64,000 nt of DNA, taken from positions 16,182,001-16,246,000 of the forward strand of contig CP158635.1 in NCBI GenBank assembly GCA_050273025.1, written 5' to 3'. The notes beneath the pieces are model-generated. The model made no database searches and had not been told where the DNA came from. It was given only the letters and a program-made list of their open reading frames with translations. The position numbers and the translations under genes are program-made. This DNA is from Cenococcum geophilum (taxonomy: Eukaryota). The number at the start of each line of letters is the position of its first letter. Within the stretch, counting starts at the first letter, position 1. This document shows positions 1 to 12,762 of this stretch, piece after piece.

Positions 1-587
1 AGCTAAGCTTAGTTATTTAAAGAAGTATACTATAGGGTATAATACTCTATCTTTATTATATTAAGATAGGATGCCTCTAGTAATATAGCTAGATAAATTA
101 GCTTCTATAACACTTATTTAGTTTAGGTTAAAGTATTAGAGTATAGGTATAGTAGTAAATATAACTTTTAAATAAGTAAAGGCCTTATATTCCTTATTAA
201 AGATAAAGGCTTTATTCTTTTAGGTTTAAGCTATAAGGGGTAAAACTAAGGCGGGAAAGTTATTAATAAGCTATTAGTAGAAATTAGCAAATCCTATAAA
301 AGCTCTTACATCCTTAATATTTTTAGGCTATTAAGAATTTATAATTACTTTAACCTTCTTTAGGTCTATTTATATACTATTTATAGAAATAAGGAGTCTA
401 AGGTATTGAACTTCCGTTTTATAAATTTTATATTTATCTATATCTAATTATAGACTAGCTCCGTATAGTGCTTATAAAATAAGATTAATATATTTCCGGT
501 ATTTAGTTAGGTTATTACTATATATTAAGATATTGTTAATATAAGTAGTATAGAAGATGTCTAGGTAGGGATATAGGGTATTACTTA
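1..587 (-). mobile_element. RIP-degraded Ty3/Gypsy reverse transcriptase (C-terminal half), truncated by the window edge
   Basis: Minus strand reads LYPYLDIFYTTYINNILIYS (RIP-altered YIDD box), then EVQYL and DVRAFIGFANFY, which are typical fungal Gypsy RT/connector motifs. Many TAA/TAG stops and TpA excess. Confidence 0.85.
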
Positions 588-3500
588 TTGACCCGAGGTA
601 CGAGTGGTCTATATTTTCGGGTCCTAGATTTTAAACTTTGCTAAGCCAGCTTTTGATTGGTTTAAAAAATGTTGCGCGCGGTAAGTTATGGCAGAATCCA
701 CGTGACGAATATCAAAATATTATGAACATTAAAATATCCTAGTATTACGCCTTCCTTTTTGTTGACACCTCTATTTATACCAATATATATATTGTAAATA
801 TGGCAGATCCTACTGTGATTGAGTGCAGCAAGTGCCATATCTATAAGCCTCGCCTTAACTTTGTTAAAGACGGCCCTTCAAAGAAGCTTTTAAAGCTATA
901 CCAGTTATATCGGTCAAAGGCACGTCTTCCCTATATACTACTTCTACCTCTGCTTACTTTTCTAGGCCTCTAAATATGTTTTAAATAAGCGGAGAGCTCT
1001 TGCAGAGCCAGGTTCTGCTACTAAGAGTCGTCCTACAAGGCGCCAGTAAATTGCTTTACCTGAAAACGATACCGAGAACGCCTTCTTGCCTCGCGGCCAG
1101 AATAGCCAAGATACCCCTAAAATAGCTCAACGGCGGAAGACAATTAGGGCAATACAAAGGGAGCACCGCATTCTTAATCGGCGGGGTAAGGCTTACTCGC
1201 CTACTCCTCCGCTATACACTATAGACGAAGCTCCGTGCAGCAGAAGAGGCACTCCAGATGGCCCAAATACGTCCTTGCCGGGGCTAGCTCCTATGCCTAC
1301 TCTACCGCCAATACCTACTCCGGCTACGGCCACACCACTACCCGTTTCGGCTGTTGATTGGGAGCGAATCAAGAAGTTTAGGAGTATACTACAGGCTAAA
1401 TATATGGAGACGTGCAGTTGTTACAAGGAGCGGTGGTTCTAAATGGGCCTAGCTACGGAGGGTGATAATATAGGTGTATATAAAGCCTGCATTAAGGACG
1501 CCGATAGCCTTAAAGATCTAACCCTTCCTCCCCTATTTAGTAAAAGCAACGGGCTCGATCCGGGGCCTATTCCTGGCTTCCTACCTATACTTACCGCGGT
1601 GGAGGAGCTTCTAATTGCGCGCGTATATATTTATCTGCAAGTCATGCGTATACGCGGCTAGTAATATCGCTATACTGGCCACGTCTGCTGCTTTGGCTAA
1701 AATATACTAAAGACTTAGAGGCAGCTACCACGGCTACCTACTAAACTCGATATACTGGTCGTGAGGCCTACGGCAGTAGAGGGTAGCGAATACCTAAGTC
1801 GGCGGTTTACCAAGCGGTATACTATAAGGCGCTCTACTATAGCACAGTGGCTTTACTTTCTAAAGGTCAATTATCCTAATTATTGTGACGTTAAAATATA
1901 CAGCACCCGGCTTACCAGCTTACCCGAAAATAGCTCTATATTAGATTAGCTACCTTATATTAACGAGTTAAAGTCTAATTCTAGTAGCCCAACGGCTTAC
2001 CCTACTGCTCCTATACAATGTCCTCCTGCTATTAATCTTCTACCTACTAAACTTAGCAGTAATATACCGGACGGTGAATTTGATAATAATATACTGGATA
2101 CTTTGGTTCCTAATCTAGTGCCTAACCTTAGTAAATTAGAGCTTTTAGGTCGCAAGGTTTAACACTAATAAGACCTACGAACGGGCCTAGAGGTTCCTAC
2201 TATGCGATAGATACCTCTCTCTAAGCGATCAGCTAGTTTTATTATACGCGGCGCCTTTCTTACTCTATTTCCTTATGGCAAAGCTAATTTTAACATGCCA
2301 CGAAGCCGTACGGTTACCCTGGCTGCGTACGCTAAGCATATGCTTAAGTATCAGGACGGTCGGTTTGGCCGCCACCCCTTATTTTGCTACTATGTGTTTA
2401 ATCGGATTATAAGAGAGCAAGCCCTTAACGCCACCCGCTTTCTCTACAGCCGATTAAATAAAAATAGTCTGTCTTTAGATAAGCTTAGTAATCTTATAAA
2501 TGGCAATAGGGGTGGCTAGTTGCTAAATAAGATTATACGGTATATACGGAACCTTAAGGGCACTAGACCTTACTGGAGGCAGAAGAGGAATAAGCTTACA
2601 GCTTATGCTAAGAATATTAAGAGCGGGTCTCTATTCTTTATACTTAGCGCTACTAATTTATATTGGTATGATCTATACTCTTATATACCTCTATTTAACA
2701 AATATAAGGCTGCTAATAAGGCTTAGCGCTACCGGATTGCTTCTTAGAATCTTAACAATAATCCGCATATTGCTACTTACTGGCTGCATTGCCGCTTTGA
2801 TCTGTTTAGGAAGCACGTACTTATAGGCCTATTTAATAGCACTGACTTTTGGTCCCGATATAAGTAGTAGGTATAAGGTAGCGGCTATATATATAGCTTC
2901 TTATAGAGTTCAACAGCCCTAAGGCCAGATCCGTCAGCTATTGAATTAAGGGCGGCTTTTGCTAAGTACTGGGCTACTTTTATATCTGCAATCAATCCTA
3001 ATCAATCTAGGCCTCCCGATCTCTGACATCCTTCTACTCTTAGCTATAAAGAACAGCTTAATACTAGTAAGCTTCTTACTGCCTACCTTAATTGATTTTA
3101 ACGGCACCGTAATTGCACCGAATCTTACTGCTTATGATTAAAGAAAGGCTCTACTAGAGTAAAGGAGTGCCGCTTCTATTTTCCACGCTCTCTCCGCAAT
3201 AAGGCCGCTGTATTAAAGGATTAAAATCTATATTACTAAACATTCTGTCCGTAGCGTAATAATAAGCTTCTTAATGGTTATAATGCAGCTATAATATTAG
3301 CGTAGATGGCGAATATTAATATGTCACCCGCTATAAGCATATTAGTAATAGTTAACTATATAGGTAAGTATTGCAGCAAGGAAGAGAAGAAATCGACTTC
3401 CTACTAGGAGTTACTCTAATTAGTACAGCCGTACGCCAATAGCCTTTATGCCTTTAGTTCGGTCGTGGCTAGGTTTATAAATAAGCTTATTACTAAATGC

Positions 3501-6230
3501 GATTAGTTAGCGCAGAAGGTATACTATCTGCTTCTTAACATTCCCCTTTATAAAGGCTCTAGGAATATAGTAACTTTAGACTACTACTAAGAGGATGATT
3601 GAAGCGCTATATATAAGCTTAATAATGGGCAACTAAGAGGGTGCAGACTGTCTGACTATAAGAAGTATAAGCGCCGCCTAAATGGGGTAGAGGACGTTAC
3701 TTTCCTCAATTTTCTACTCTATTTTAATTACTCTACTTATAAGCGTCGGCTAAGAGCAAGGCCTTAAGTTATATTATACTTTCCGCGATATAACGGCGAT
3801 CGTTCTTATCCGCAGTATCCTAAGTTCTACCGCGTAAAGCTTATTCTTTATTACCCGTAGAGGGAGTATAAGGAAGTAGCTACTTATACTAATAGATTTA
3901 AGGCTCCTGATTATATAACTTCCTATTAGGCTTATATTAACTCTTATTAGCATCTACCCAACTACTTCTGTAATTGGAAACTAGAGGAAGGTCGCAAAAC
4001 TGCTAATAATATTAATAAGTTTAAGGGCGATTTCGTAGACGACTTAGAGCTATACCAGTCCTTTAAGGCCCTATATACCTACGTTTAAAATACTAACGGA
4101 GTTAAAATTAAGGATCCTAACAGGCTTAGTAATAGGGAGCTTAATTATAACTACGACTAGAGTACGCATTAGGGTACGTACCCGCAGCTTAATAAGAGGA
4201 CTTATTGGCAGGAAGTACGGCTATAGCCTCTACCGTAGAGCCGCCTATCCTAAATAGCAACTCCGTCCTCCTTATAACTAGGTCAGCGTTATATCTATAA
4301 TATCGTAGTTAATTACTACAGGCAGATCTAATTAGGCCTTATCCCCCCCCTACTACGGATTAATATTAATGGAGAGGCGGGAACCGGCGGGTTATATCTT
4401 ATTACTATTCTATCTACTACGCTTTATAATATAGCCATGTCTAATAGTAAGCCGTCGCCATTAGTTCGAGCCGCCCCTACTAGAGTAGCTGCCTTTAATA
4501 TTAACGGTAGAACTACGTACAAACTATTAAGGTTGCCAGTAAATCGCCCCTTTAAGGAATTGCCTACTGCCAGTCTTACGCCTCTATAACAAGCTTTTAA
4601 GGATATTCACTATCTTATCCTTAACGAGAAATCTATAATCGGGCAAGTATATCTAGCCTAAATTAATCGCCGCCTCGGTTAGATCTACCCTACGCGTAAT
4701 AACAACTACTTTAGAGGCTTAAACATCTTACTAGTAGGCGATTTCCATCAGCTTCCCCCTATAGGTTAGGCGGCCTTATACAGCAATCTATCCGCTAGGC
4801 CGTTAGAGCTCGCCAGCTATAGAAAGGGAGCCTATAAAGCAATTAACCGAACTACTGTCCTAGATTAAGTTATATAGCAAGGCGGTAATAACGCTAAGAG
4901 CTTTATATTTAGGACCGCCCTTACAAAGCTACGTAGTGATTCTATAAGTAATTTAACCTAGAAGCTTCTTTTAACTAGGCGTAAGTAGGGCCTATTTACC
5001 GGTAAGGTTACGGGCTTTAACAACGCAATTCGGCTATATAGTATACGCGCTACTATAGGTAAGTATAACACTATTTAGCTTCGCAACCTTTTACAGCTAG
5101 TGGTAGCTATTAAGTTAGTTAACACTAGTATAGGTGCACGGAAAGTTACTCCTAATTAGTGCGATACTATAGAGAAACTAGCCCTATATATTGGCGCGAA
5201 AGTAATACTAATATATAATATCTGGGTTAAACTAGGCTTAGTAAACGGTACTACTGGTATAATTAAAGATATCGTATAGAAGGGACACGCAGATATTAAA
5301 AAGGATTAGCCTTAGTCACTACTAATTGCAGTAGATAGGTATAACGGACCTACCCTATTCACTCGGCAGGATGGTAAAAAAGTCGTCCCTATATTTTCCG
5401 TGCTTCATAAGTAGGAGGGTATAAGAGGCTCTTGCTTACGGCGTCAATTTTTAATTACTCTAGCTTTTACTCTTACTATATATAAAAGCCAGGGCCTAAT
5501 ACTTAACTAGGTAGTTCTAGATATTAAAGAAAAGGATAAGACAGCTAGGCTAACCTATATAGCAATCTTACGAGTTAAGAAGCTTTTAGGGCTTATATTT
5601 AAACGTAGGTTTAATATAAAACGGTTTCAGTTATCTATAAATAAGACTAAAGAGGTATAATAAGAAGATTTTACACGGAGGCAGTAGCAACTACTTATAA
5701 ACAACTTTTCCTAATTAGGAAATTATATACTAGCTTAAAGGTAAGCGGAGAATGCAGCATTTGTCTTAGTTTCCTAACTTTTAAATAGCTTAACCGCGAA
5801 ATCCAATTTTCTAAATTTTAACCCCCCTATCCGTCCTACCTTCTTACCACTTTTAGAGCTGTTAGATATACATACAATAGTATATAGGGAGAATTAGCAG
5901 TACTACCAGATCAATATTACTACTGTCTATAGCGTTAATCAATTTTTAAAAAATTTCAATTTTTTTTAAAGGGCGGAAATGTTGCTTATATAAGAAGTCA
6001 CGTGACCTCTAAGAATACTTAGGACCCTATATTAGCAGCCACGACTTCTCTACACTATAGTTAAGATTTTATATATACCGCACCTGGAGCTACTTATAAT
6101 AACTATTACCTATAAATCTGCCAATTTACAAATCAAAAATTAGACGTGGTTAGAGCTGTTAGTAGGGGTCATTAATCGCGCTCCCCATGACAAAATTTTA
6201 GATTTTAGTGATCCAAACTAACGAATTAAA
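588..6230 (+). mobile_element. Helitron-like rolling-circle transposon (Helentron/HLE2-type), RIP-inactivated; termini approximate
   Basis: Contains a degraded Rep-helicase ORF. The left edge coincides with the break in the Gypsy RT and carries a GACCCGA...TCGGGTC inverted repeat (~590-623). The right non-coding end (~6060-6210) is homologous to 7920-8060. Confidence 0.85.
800..5714 (+). pseudogene. Helitron RepHel transposase (Zn knuckle, DUF6570-like, HUH/Y2 Rep, PIF1 helicase) with many RIP stops
   Basis: MADPTVIECSKCH start; LTAVEELLIARV..YTGHVCCF; DGRFGRHPLF, GTRPYW; degraded RYEWQxRGSGHxH (~2857-2905); YIGKYCSK (~3357-3380); Walker A region GEAGTG (~4371); APTxVAAFNINGRT; LILNEKS (DEKS); GDFHQLPP; GLVNGTTG; YKSQGL (HKSQG); LTYIAILRV. 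Confidence 0.92.
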
Positions 6231-6239
6231 TTAAAAGTT

Positions 6240-6690
6240 TGGAACGTCTAAATAAGGTTCTGCTAAAACGCTAGCTAGACCCTAACCTAGACCCTTCCTG
6301 ACCTATTAAATTCTAAAAATAACAACCTTTACCGAATTAAAAATTAACCTTATCCTTAACAAGCTATCTAATTAGATTTAATGGTTCTTTATTATCTAAG
6401 ACATAGCTAAAACTAACAAGGTATAGTAGTATATCGACCTATCTAAGAAAAAAGACGATCTTCTAAAGCTAGAACTACTAAATCGGCCTACACCAAGGGA
6501 CATACTACTTACGGCTATATTAATAGCAAAGCTAGACCTAAACTAGCTTACTGCCTATAACTAGCTCTACGCTAAATATAAGGACGATCTACGCGTATAC
6601 TAAAAGCAAAAACAGGCTATAAATAATATTAACAACTACATCGTTCGCACCACATCGGTAGCCTACCTTTTACTTATTAACAGCCTTAGT
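6240..6690 (+). mobile_element. Probable Ty1/Copia gag fragment, RIP-degraded
   Basis: Reads YAKYKDDLRVY*KQKQAINNINNYIVRTTS, resembling fungal Copia gag N-termini as I recall them. No catalytic motif is present. Confidence 0.45.
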
Positions 6691-6699
6691 AGTTAGTAC

Positions 6700-8065
6700 A
6701 TCAAATATTTAAGGCGTCTCTACCACTATAGTAGTCACTGCAGTGATAGAGATACCCTATATTTTGGTAAGTAATCAAGCCCATCTTATACGAGAATCTC
6801 ATGCTATTAGTACTTACCAAATTACGTACTCGCAGGGCCTCCTCCCGTCTATAAATACTCCCTCCTCTATACCTTCCTCTCTTCTTCTTTCTTCTTCCTT
6901 ATAAGAGCTAGAGGTGCTCTAATACCCCTCCCCAGTCCCTACTAAGGGATTTATTAGTTAATATAGCAATATAGATAGTATCGGACAACAAGACAGGCGA
7001 GAGAGGATAGGAAGGACGGAGGAGCCTCTGGTATGTGTTAGTCAAGCAACATTACTAGCTATATTATAGCTGCCTAATCTCCTATACTTGCAGGCCTCCT
7101 CCCGTCTATAAATACTCCCTCCTTTATACCTTTCTCTCTTCTTTTTTTCTTCCTTATAAGAGCTAGAGGTGCTCTAATACTCTTCCCTAGTCCCTACTGA
7201 GGGATCTATTAGTTAACGTAGCGATATAAATAGTATCTGACGAGGAGACGGGTAAGAGAGGAGATAGGAAGGATAGAGGGGCGTCTAGTAGGTGTTAGTC
7301 GAGTAACATTAATGTCTATATTATGGCTGCCTAATCTCCTATACTCGCAGGCCTCCTCCCATCTATAAATACTCCCTCCTCTATACCTTCCTTTCTTCTT
7401 TTCTTCTTCCTTATAAGAGCTAGAGGTGCTCTAATACTCCTCCCTAGTCCCCACTAAGGGATCTATTAGTCGACGTAGTGATATAAACAGCATCTAACGA
7501 GGAGACGGGTAAGAGAGGAGATAGGAAGGACGGAGGGGCGTCTGGTAGGTGTTAGTCGAGCAATGTTAATATCTATATTATGGCTGCCTAATCTCCCGTT
7601 CATAGGCCTCCTTCCGTCTATAAATACTCCCTCCTTTATACCTTCCTCTCTTCTTCTTTCTTCTTCCTTATAAGAGCTAGAGGCGCTCTAATACCCCTCC
7701 CTAGTCTCCACTAAGGGATCTATTAGTTAATATAGCGATATAGATAGTATCGGACAAAGAGACGGGTAAGAGAGGAGATAGGAAGGACAGAGGAACCTCC
7801 GGTAGGTGTTAGTCGAGCAATATTAACGGCGGTTTTTATTACCCAAAAATTACGTCATGTGACGACATTTAGGAACGCAAATATGTACCCCCGTCCCATA
7901 CTTACACCACTACTAAATATTCTAGATTTTACACTTGGAGCTGCTTATAATAGGCATTCCTAGGAGATCTGCTGGTTTAAAGCTCTATAATTAAACGTTG
8001 TTAACGTTTTATATAGGGGTTATCAATTAAGCTTCCGGGACACGATTTTTAAAGTTTAATACCAC
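6700..8065 (+). mobile_element. Putative non-autonomous Helitron-like element containing the tandem array
   Basis: Left hairpin TCTCTACCACTATAGT/ACTGCAGTGATAGAGA (6716-6752). The right end (7920-8060) aligns with the 3' region of the autonomous element (6060-6210). Confidence 0.5.
6831..7826. repeat. Tandem array of 4 x ~257-bp units
   Basis: Units start at ~6831, 7089, 7346 and 7601. Each has GGCCTCCTCCCGTCTATAAATACTCCCTCC, a CT-rich tract, TATAAGAGCTAGAGG and a GA-rich tract. Copies differ mostly by transitions. Confidence 0.95.
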
Positions 8066-8070
8066 ACCAA

Positions 8071-9112
8071 TATTACGACCTTCTTGCAGTGGCCAAGCCA
8101 CCCCCAATCTCCTTCCCCTCCTCCCCCCTCCCATTACTCGGCGCCGAGCTATTACGTCGTCACCAAGCCATCGCGTTGTCGTACGTCCGAACTGGGTGGG
8201 TAATGACGTTACTTAATTATGTCAGACGTCTCTGTATACAGTTATATCTCTTCCTACACGCGTATTTAATCGAGTTGGGGTAGTAAACTTACTTTAATTC
8301 CAGCTATGCGGCGATTTAGTTATTAGGTATTAAAAATATTTAGTATATAAAGCTTTAAATTGGAATCATAATCTACTATATCAGATCCTACGTAGAGGGC
8401 TCTGTATTAAGCTCTGCAGTCCAAATATATACTAGATTTGTGACCAATATAATCCTTAAGCCTAGCTTAAGTAGGGCGCCTCGGTTACTATAGTAGATCC
8501 TTACCTAGCAGTGACCAAGGCGCCTTAATCTTACTACTACTTCTAAATTAAGCAAAAGCTCTATATAGGGGGGTCCCAGGGGGTCTCCCCCTGGAAAACC
8601 TTATCTCTATATATATTAATTAAAGTCTATATAATAAAGCTCTAAAATTGATTGGCTTATTACTTATAAACTCGGGTTAAAATTTACGTTGGGGGATTAA
8701 CGTTCCGCATGTTATTATTAAAACGAGCTTAGGGCGTTTATAAGGCTAAATAGTATTACTAAGTATTTAAATAATCTATACTGGGTATAGAATATAGTAA
8801 GCTATTTATCTCCCTTTATAATATAAAGGCGGTTAAACGCGAAGATAATATTAAGCTTATAAGGGATCTTTTGGCCCCTTACTGGCTGCATCGCCTAGGA
8901 GCTCTTAGGGGTAGCCAAGGCCTAGCCGAAGGCTAGGCTTGGCACCTCCTTATAAGCTCCTCGGGCTTGCAGCCCTTCCCTCCTCATCGGTTCGTCTCCG
9001 TACGAGGCTATTGCCTACCCTTATTACCATATCGTCCTCTTCCATCGACTCTCCTTGTAACTCATGCTCGGCTTACCTACTCCCTATCGTATACCCTAGC
9101 AATGTGCCTTAC
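8071..9112. mobile_element. Unclassified RIP-affected transposon/LTR-like remnants
   Basis: TATTACGACC (possibly TGTTACG LTR start after RIP) at 8071; hairpins at ~8474-8525 and ~8915-8942; AT-rich with TpA excess; no recognisable protein motif. Confidence 0.35.
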
Positions 9113-10340
9113 AAAGCTTTATATAGTAGCGAGCTTTACTTAATCGGTTTAGCGTCTTTTATATTAACGGGATTGGATACTAGTTCTTAATAGTAACGGC
9201 ATTAAAAGCTTAGTAGTCTATGTAAAAGCGTAAACTACTGCTAAGTTTCTTAATAAAGATTACTAGTACGGCTATAGGCGAAGAGCTTGCTCTAATAAAT
9301 CATTTACTTAGGTTTTCGTCTAAATACCTTTATAGTACTTAGAGTTCGTTTTAGAACATTCTATATAGAGACCTAAATCTAGGCTACTTTCCTTCTTTAA
9401 ATATAATCTTATAGTCGTATAGTTGGTATTTTAGTAGCTTATTAGCTTCCTTTTATAAGAATGCATCTAGGCGTTTATAATACTCTACTAGGACCTTTAC
9501 AGCAGGGTTAGTATACTTCCTTAATGCTAAAGCCCTCTTAATATTAGCTATTATAACGGCGAAGATCGTATATTTAGGTTTTTTAGTAAGTTAAGCTAGT
9601 GGAGTAGCTCTAATTATGTGGATATTTAGGGTGTTAAGCTTACTTAAATTGTCTATAGTTTCTTATATAGTTTCTTATTTGGCTTTAGGTTCTTTAAGCA
9701 TCCTTTTTATAGTAAAGTACTAGTTCTTCTGATACTTTTATATACTAAGCTTAAGCTTCTACTTAGGTTGGGGCGGCGTAATAGTTAGGGTTGTTTTATA
9801 TAGTTTAGTAGGATTTCTAAGCCTCTAGTAGACGTCGGCGGAAATTTTAGACTAGTAGATCCTGGTAGCTTTTTTAGGTTTTAGTTTAGAGTCTAAATAG
9901 TAAGTTATAATGCACTTCTACTTATAATAAGAGGTAGTAAATAAAAGCTAAAGGTTGTTTTAATTAATAGTTACCTTATATAGTTTTATCTAGGGTTATC
10001 TAAGGATTACTAGGTAACTTAGGGTAGTTATAAAGAGCTTAATCAATTCTTTATAGTTTAGGTATTGGAGTCTTAGGGCCGCTATATAAGTAATACGGCC
10101 TAAGACAGTGCGTTTACTATTAAATCCAAATACGTTAATATGCCGGTTAAGGGGTATTAAGGTAAAACCATTATCCTATATAAAGATCTTATTAATAAAT
10201 CCTATGCCGCTAGCTTTTATATTAATTAGGACTCGAGCATTAGCCTATTAACCTTTCTACTAAAGACGGTAGTTAACGGTTATACTATATGTAAGGGCGC
10301 GAAGAGACTTCGGGGAAGATTCGAAGGAACGATATAAATT
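9113..10340 (-). mobile_element. Ty3/Gypsy pol: aspartic protease and RT N-terminal half, RIP-degraded
   Basis: VLINIKASGIGFIN (degraded LIDTGAS protease motif, ~10195-10235); YLDENLSK*FIRASSSP..VIFIKK..LRFYIDY*AFNAVTIKN*YPIPLI..LNRLSKARYYIKL. Confidence 0.9.
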
Positions 10341-10359
10341 CTATCTAAATCTAAGGGTA

Positions 10360-10633
10360 TATAGTTCTCGCTAAGAACAAGACGTTGCGTAAAGAAGAGA
10401 AAGGAATAATAAGAGAGTCATATATTAAATAGTCAGGGGTCTTGGTGGTCGATGCGTGCGCACGTGCGTACGCGGTCTTCGACTGACTTCGGTAGAATTC
10501 GGTGGATCTAGCAGAACTTGGCAGAAGTCGATCAAGCTGGCAGAATTCGGTAGAATTTGGTCAAAGCGTCGGAATTCATCTGTCGAGTGTTTCACCGAGA
10601 CATTCCTACTGTAACTGGGCTAGTCCCGTTACA
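10360..10633 (-). mobile_element. LTR-like segment (probable solo LTR of a related family) between gag and pol
   Basis: Ends TGTAACTGGGCTAGTCCCGTTACA (TG start on the minus strand) and has ~10-bp GGCAGAACTT-type repeats like the LTR at 11815-12134. TSD not confirmed. Confidence 0.55.
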
Positions 10634-10639
10634 CTATAA

Positions 10640-11760
10640 TCCTAAGAGCTAGGGTCTATAATATCTAATACATTTAATAAAATCCTATAATACTAGTATA
10701 GCTGTCTTAAAAAGCGACTTAACTCTAAAATATACCTTTAAGTAGTAAGTAGAAAGGGGTTCCTATAGAATATTGGTTATAGCTTTATCCTTATAAGTAG
10801 TGCTTACTAAATATAGGGCTAGAACTAGATAAAAATCGTAAACGGTAACCAGAAGATTAATGCGATAAACGGCCGCTAGTATTAACCGTTTATAAATTGT
10901 ATTAGGGTATAAGAATAGAGTAGTATTTTAAAATATAAGCCTTGCTTTTATATTTAAAATAAAGGCCTAGCTTAATATATTAGTAGGGTATACTCTAGGG
11001 TTCTAGAGTTAATGTCTATAGCATTAGGGTACTTAAGCTAAGAAGATAACTTAATTTTAGTTTAGGGCTTAGGGATTTAATAAGGCTATTAATTAGTGCG
11101 GAGTTATTCTAGCCTATTTCCCTTATATAATAGTTAAATTTGGAGAAGTATACTAGGAAACTTTTTCTTTCTTAAGCTATATAGTTTATCTTCCTTTAAG
11201 CGGTGGCTTAGCGGTTTAGGTTACTATATATAGCTTTAAGAAGTCTAACTAGGCTTTATACTAAGTTTAGCTAATAAAGTTTAATAAAGTTAGCTACCTC
11301 TCCTCCTAATTAACTTAAGGCGTAGTAAAGTTAGTTAGCTTTAATTAGGTAGTAGTTAGTATTACTAATTAGCTTGGTTTTAAGCCGGCTTAAAAATAAC
11401 TAAAGCTTTTATTATTTACTAGTAAATATAAGGGGGTCTAATAGTTTTTTAGATTATTATATTATAGTAGTTAGTTTAGGGTAAATAACCATTACTGGTT
11501 TAGGGCTTATGTTCCATATATAGGCCTCTAGGGATAGTATTTAGTCTTAAAACCCTAGCGTAGGTATCTTAAGGATGTGGATTTCTTCTTAGAGGGCTTT
11601 AATTAATTATTAGTATTAGGCCTTTTATTCTGCAAGGGTGTTTATAAAGGACGTCTATAAACCTACTATCTGCTCTTTAAGCACGGTAAGTATATCAGCT
11701 GCTGTTATAGGAGCTTTAGGTACGTTCTGCATTCTAATAGTAGTATAGGTAGTTAACGTA
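10640..11760 (-). mobile_element. Ty3/Gypsy gag, RIP-degraded
   Basis: KKLLDPLIFTSK..LFLSRLKTKLISNTNYY..LYYALS*LGGEVA, matching the fungal Gypsy gag pattern KxPDPxxFxG...YAxSRLxGxA. Confidence 0.8.
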
Positions 11761-11814
11761 ACGTAATATTATGGAATAAGTATAAGCGACAATAATATAT
11801 AGCGAGGTAGATAT

Positions 11815-12134
11815 TATTAAACTATATATATAAACTATATAATAAGGTTAAGACATTACCTAAGGAAAGAAAGTAAAAAAAAGGGAAGAAAGGGTATATA
11901 TTGTTAACTTGGTTGCTTAGTTAATATATACACGAAGCAGAATAGGATTCGGGTAGTGGTCCTAGCAGAACTTAGCAGGACTTGGTGGAACTTGGCGGAA
12001 TATGGCAGAATACGGTAGATTGCCATTAGATTGCCATAGATTGCGGCAAATTGCGGTCTCGTGGTCGGTCTCTAATTTCTAAGTCGGTGGGAACAGGTGG
12101 ACGTGTATAAGGTGTCACGGGGTGTCCCGTGACA
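11815..12134 (-). mobile_element. 5' LTR of the Gypsy element
   Basis: Directly upstream of gag. The minus strand starts TGTCACGGG and has internal ~10-bp repeats and a TATA-like tract. The inner boundary is approximate. Confidence 0.65.
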
Positions 12135-12762
12135 CTGTTGTGTCAAGGCATAGAGCGTAGAGAGCCATTGCTATATAGAGCTTGGGTGGCGATTAATCGA
12201 CACGCTAGTGTTAATTTTGGCAGTGACAAAGGTACGTGCACCTTTGTTTAATCGTGTAGCAGCTTGCGAGTTATATAGGGGTAAGGGAGTATTGGCGAAC
12301 ATTACATTTATATGGCTTTTACTAGTAAAATAGGTGCCCGAGTAGTGCCTTGGCTACCCTTACCGCCTGCTGGGCCGCCGCTGATCAAAAGATTCGGGCA
12401 GTAAAGTTACTGCCAAGAGTTACTGCCCGGATCCTGTCCGTATGTTAAGCACGGGGACTGCAAAAAAGCGGGTCTTCGGCATGCATAAACCCAACTCCAC
12501 TGACGAAAGCTTAGAACTATAAGAATAACAACAATCGGGACCTAATGAAGCCGCGGATCTGCCATGGCGATATCCGAACTATAAATGTAGGGGGGGAGTA
12601 ATATAATTTTCTCATTGGTACTATAGATGTTGGTCTAAAGTTCATTTACATGTTACAAATGTTGCGTGTGCACGTGTGGGAAACGTACTAGAGGAAAAAT
12701 TTAATCTATATTATCTAAATATCCTCTCTGATACAAATAAAAATACAAATGCATGAATTAAC

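Noticed and set aside
6831..7826. CRISPR-like array
   Set aside because: Eukaryotic context, and whole 257-bp units repeat with no unique spacers.
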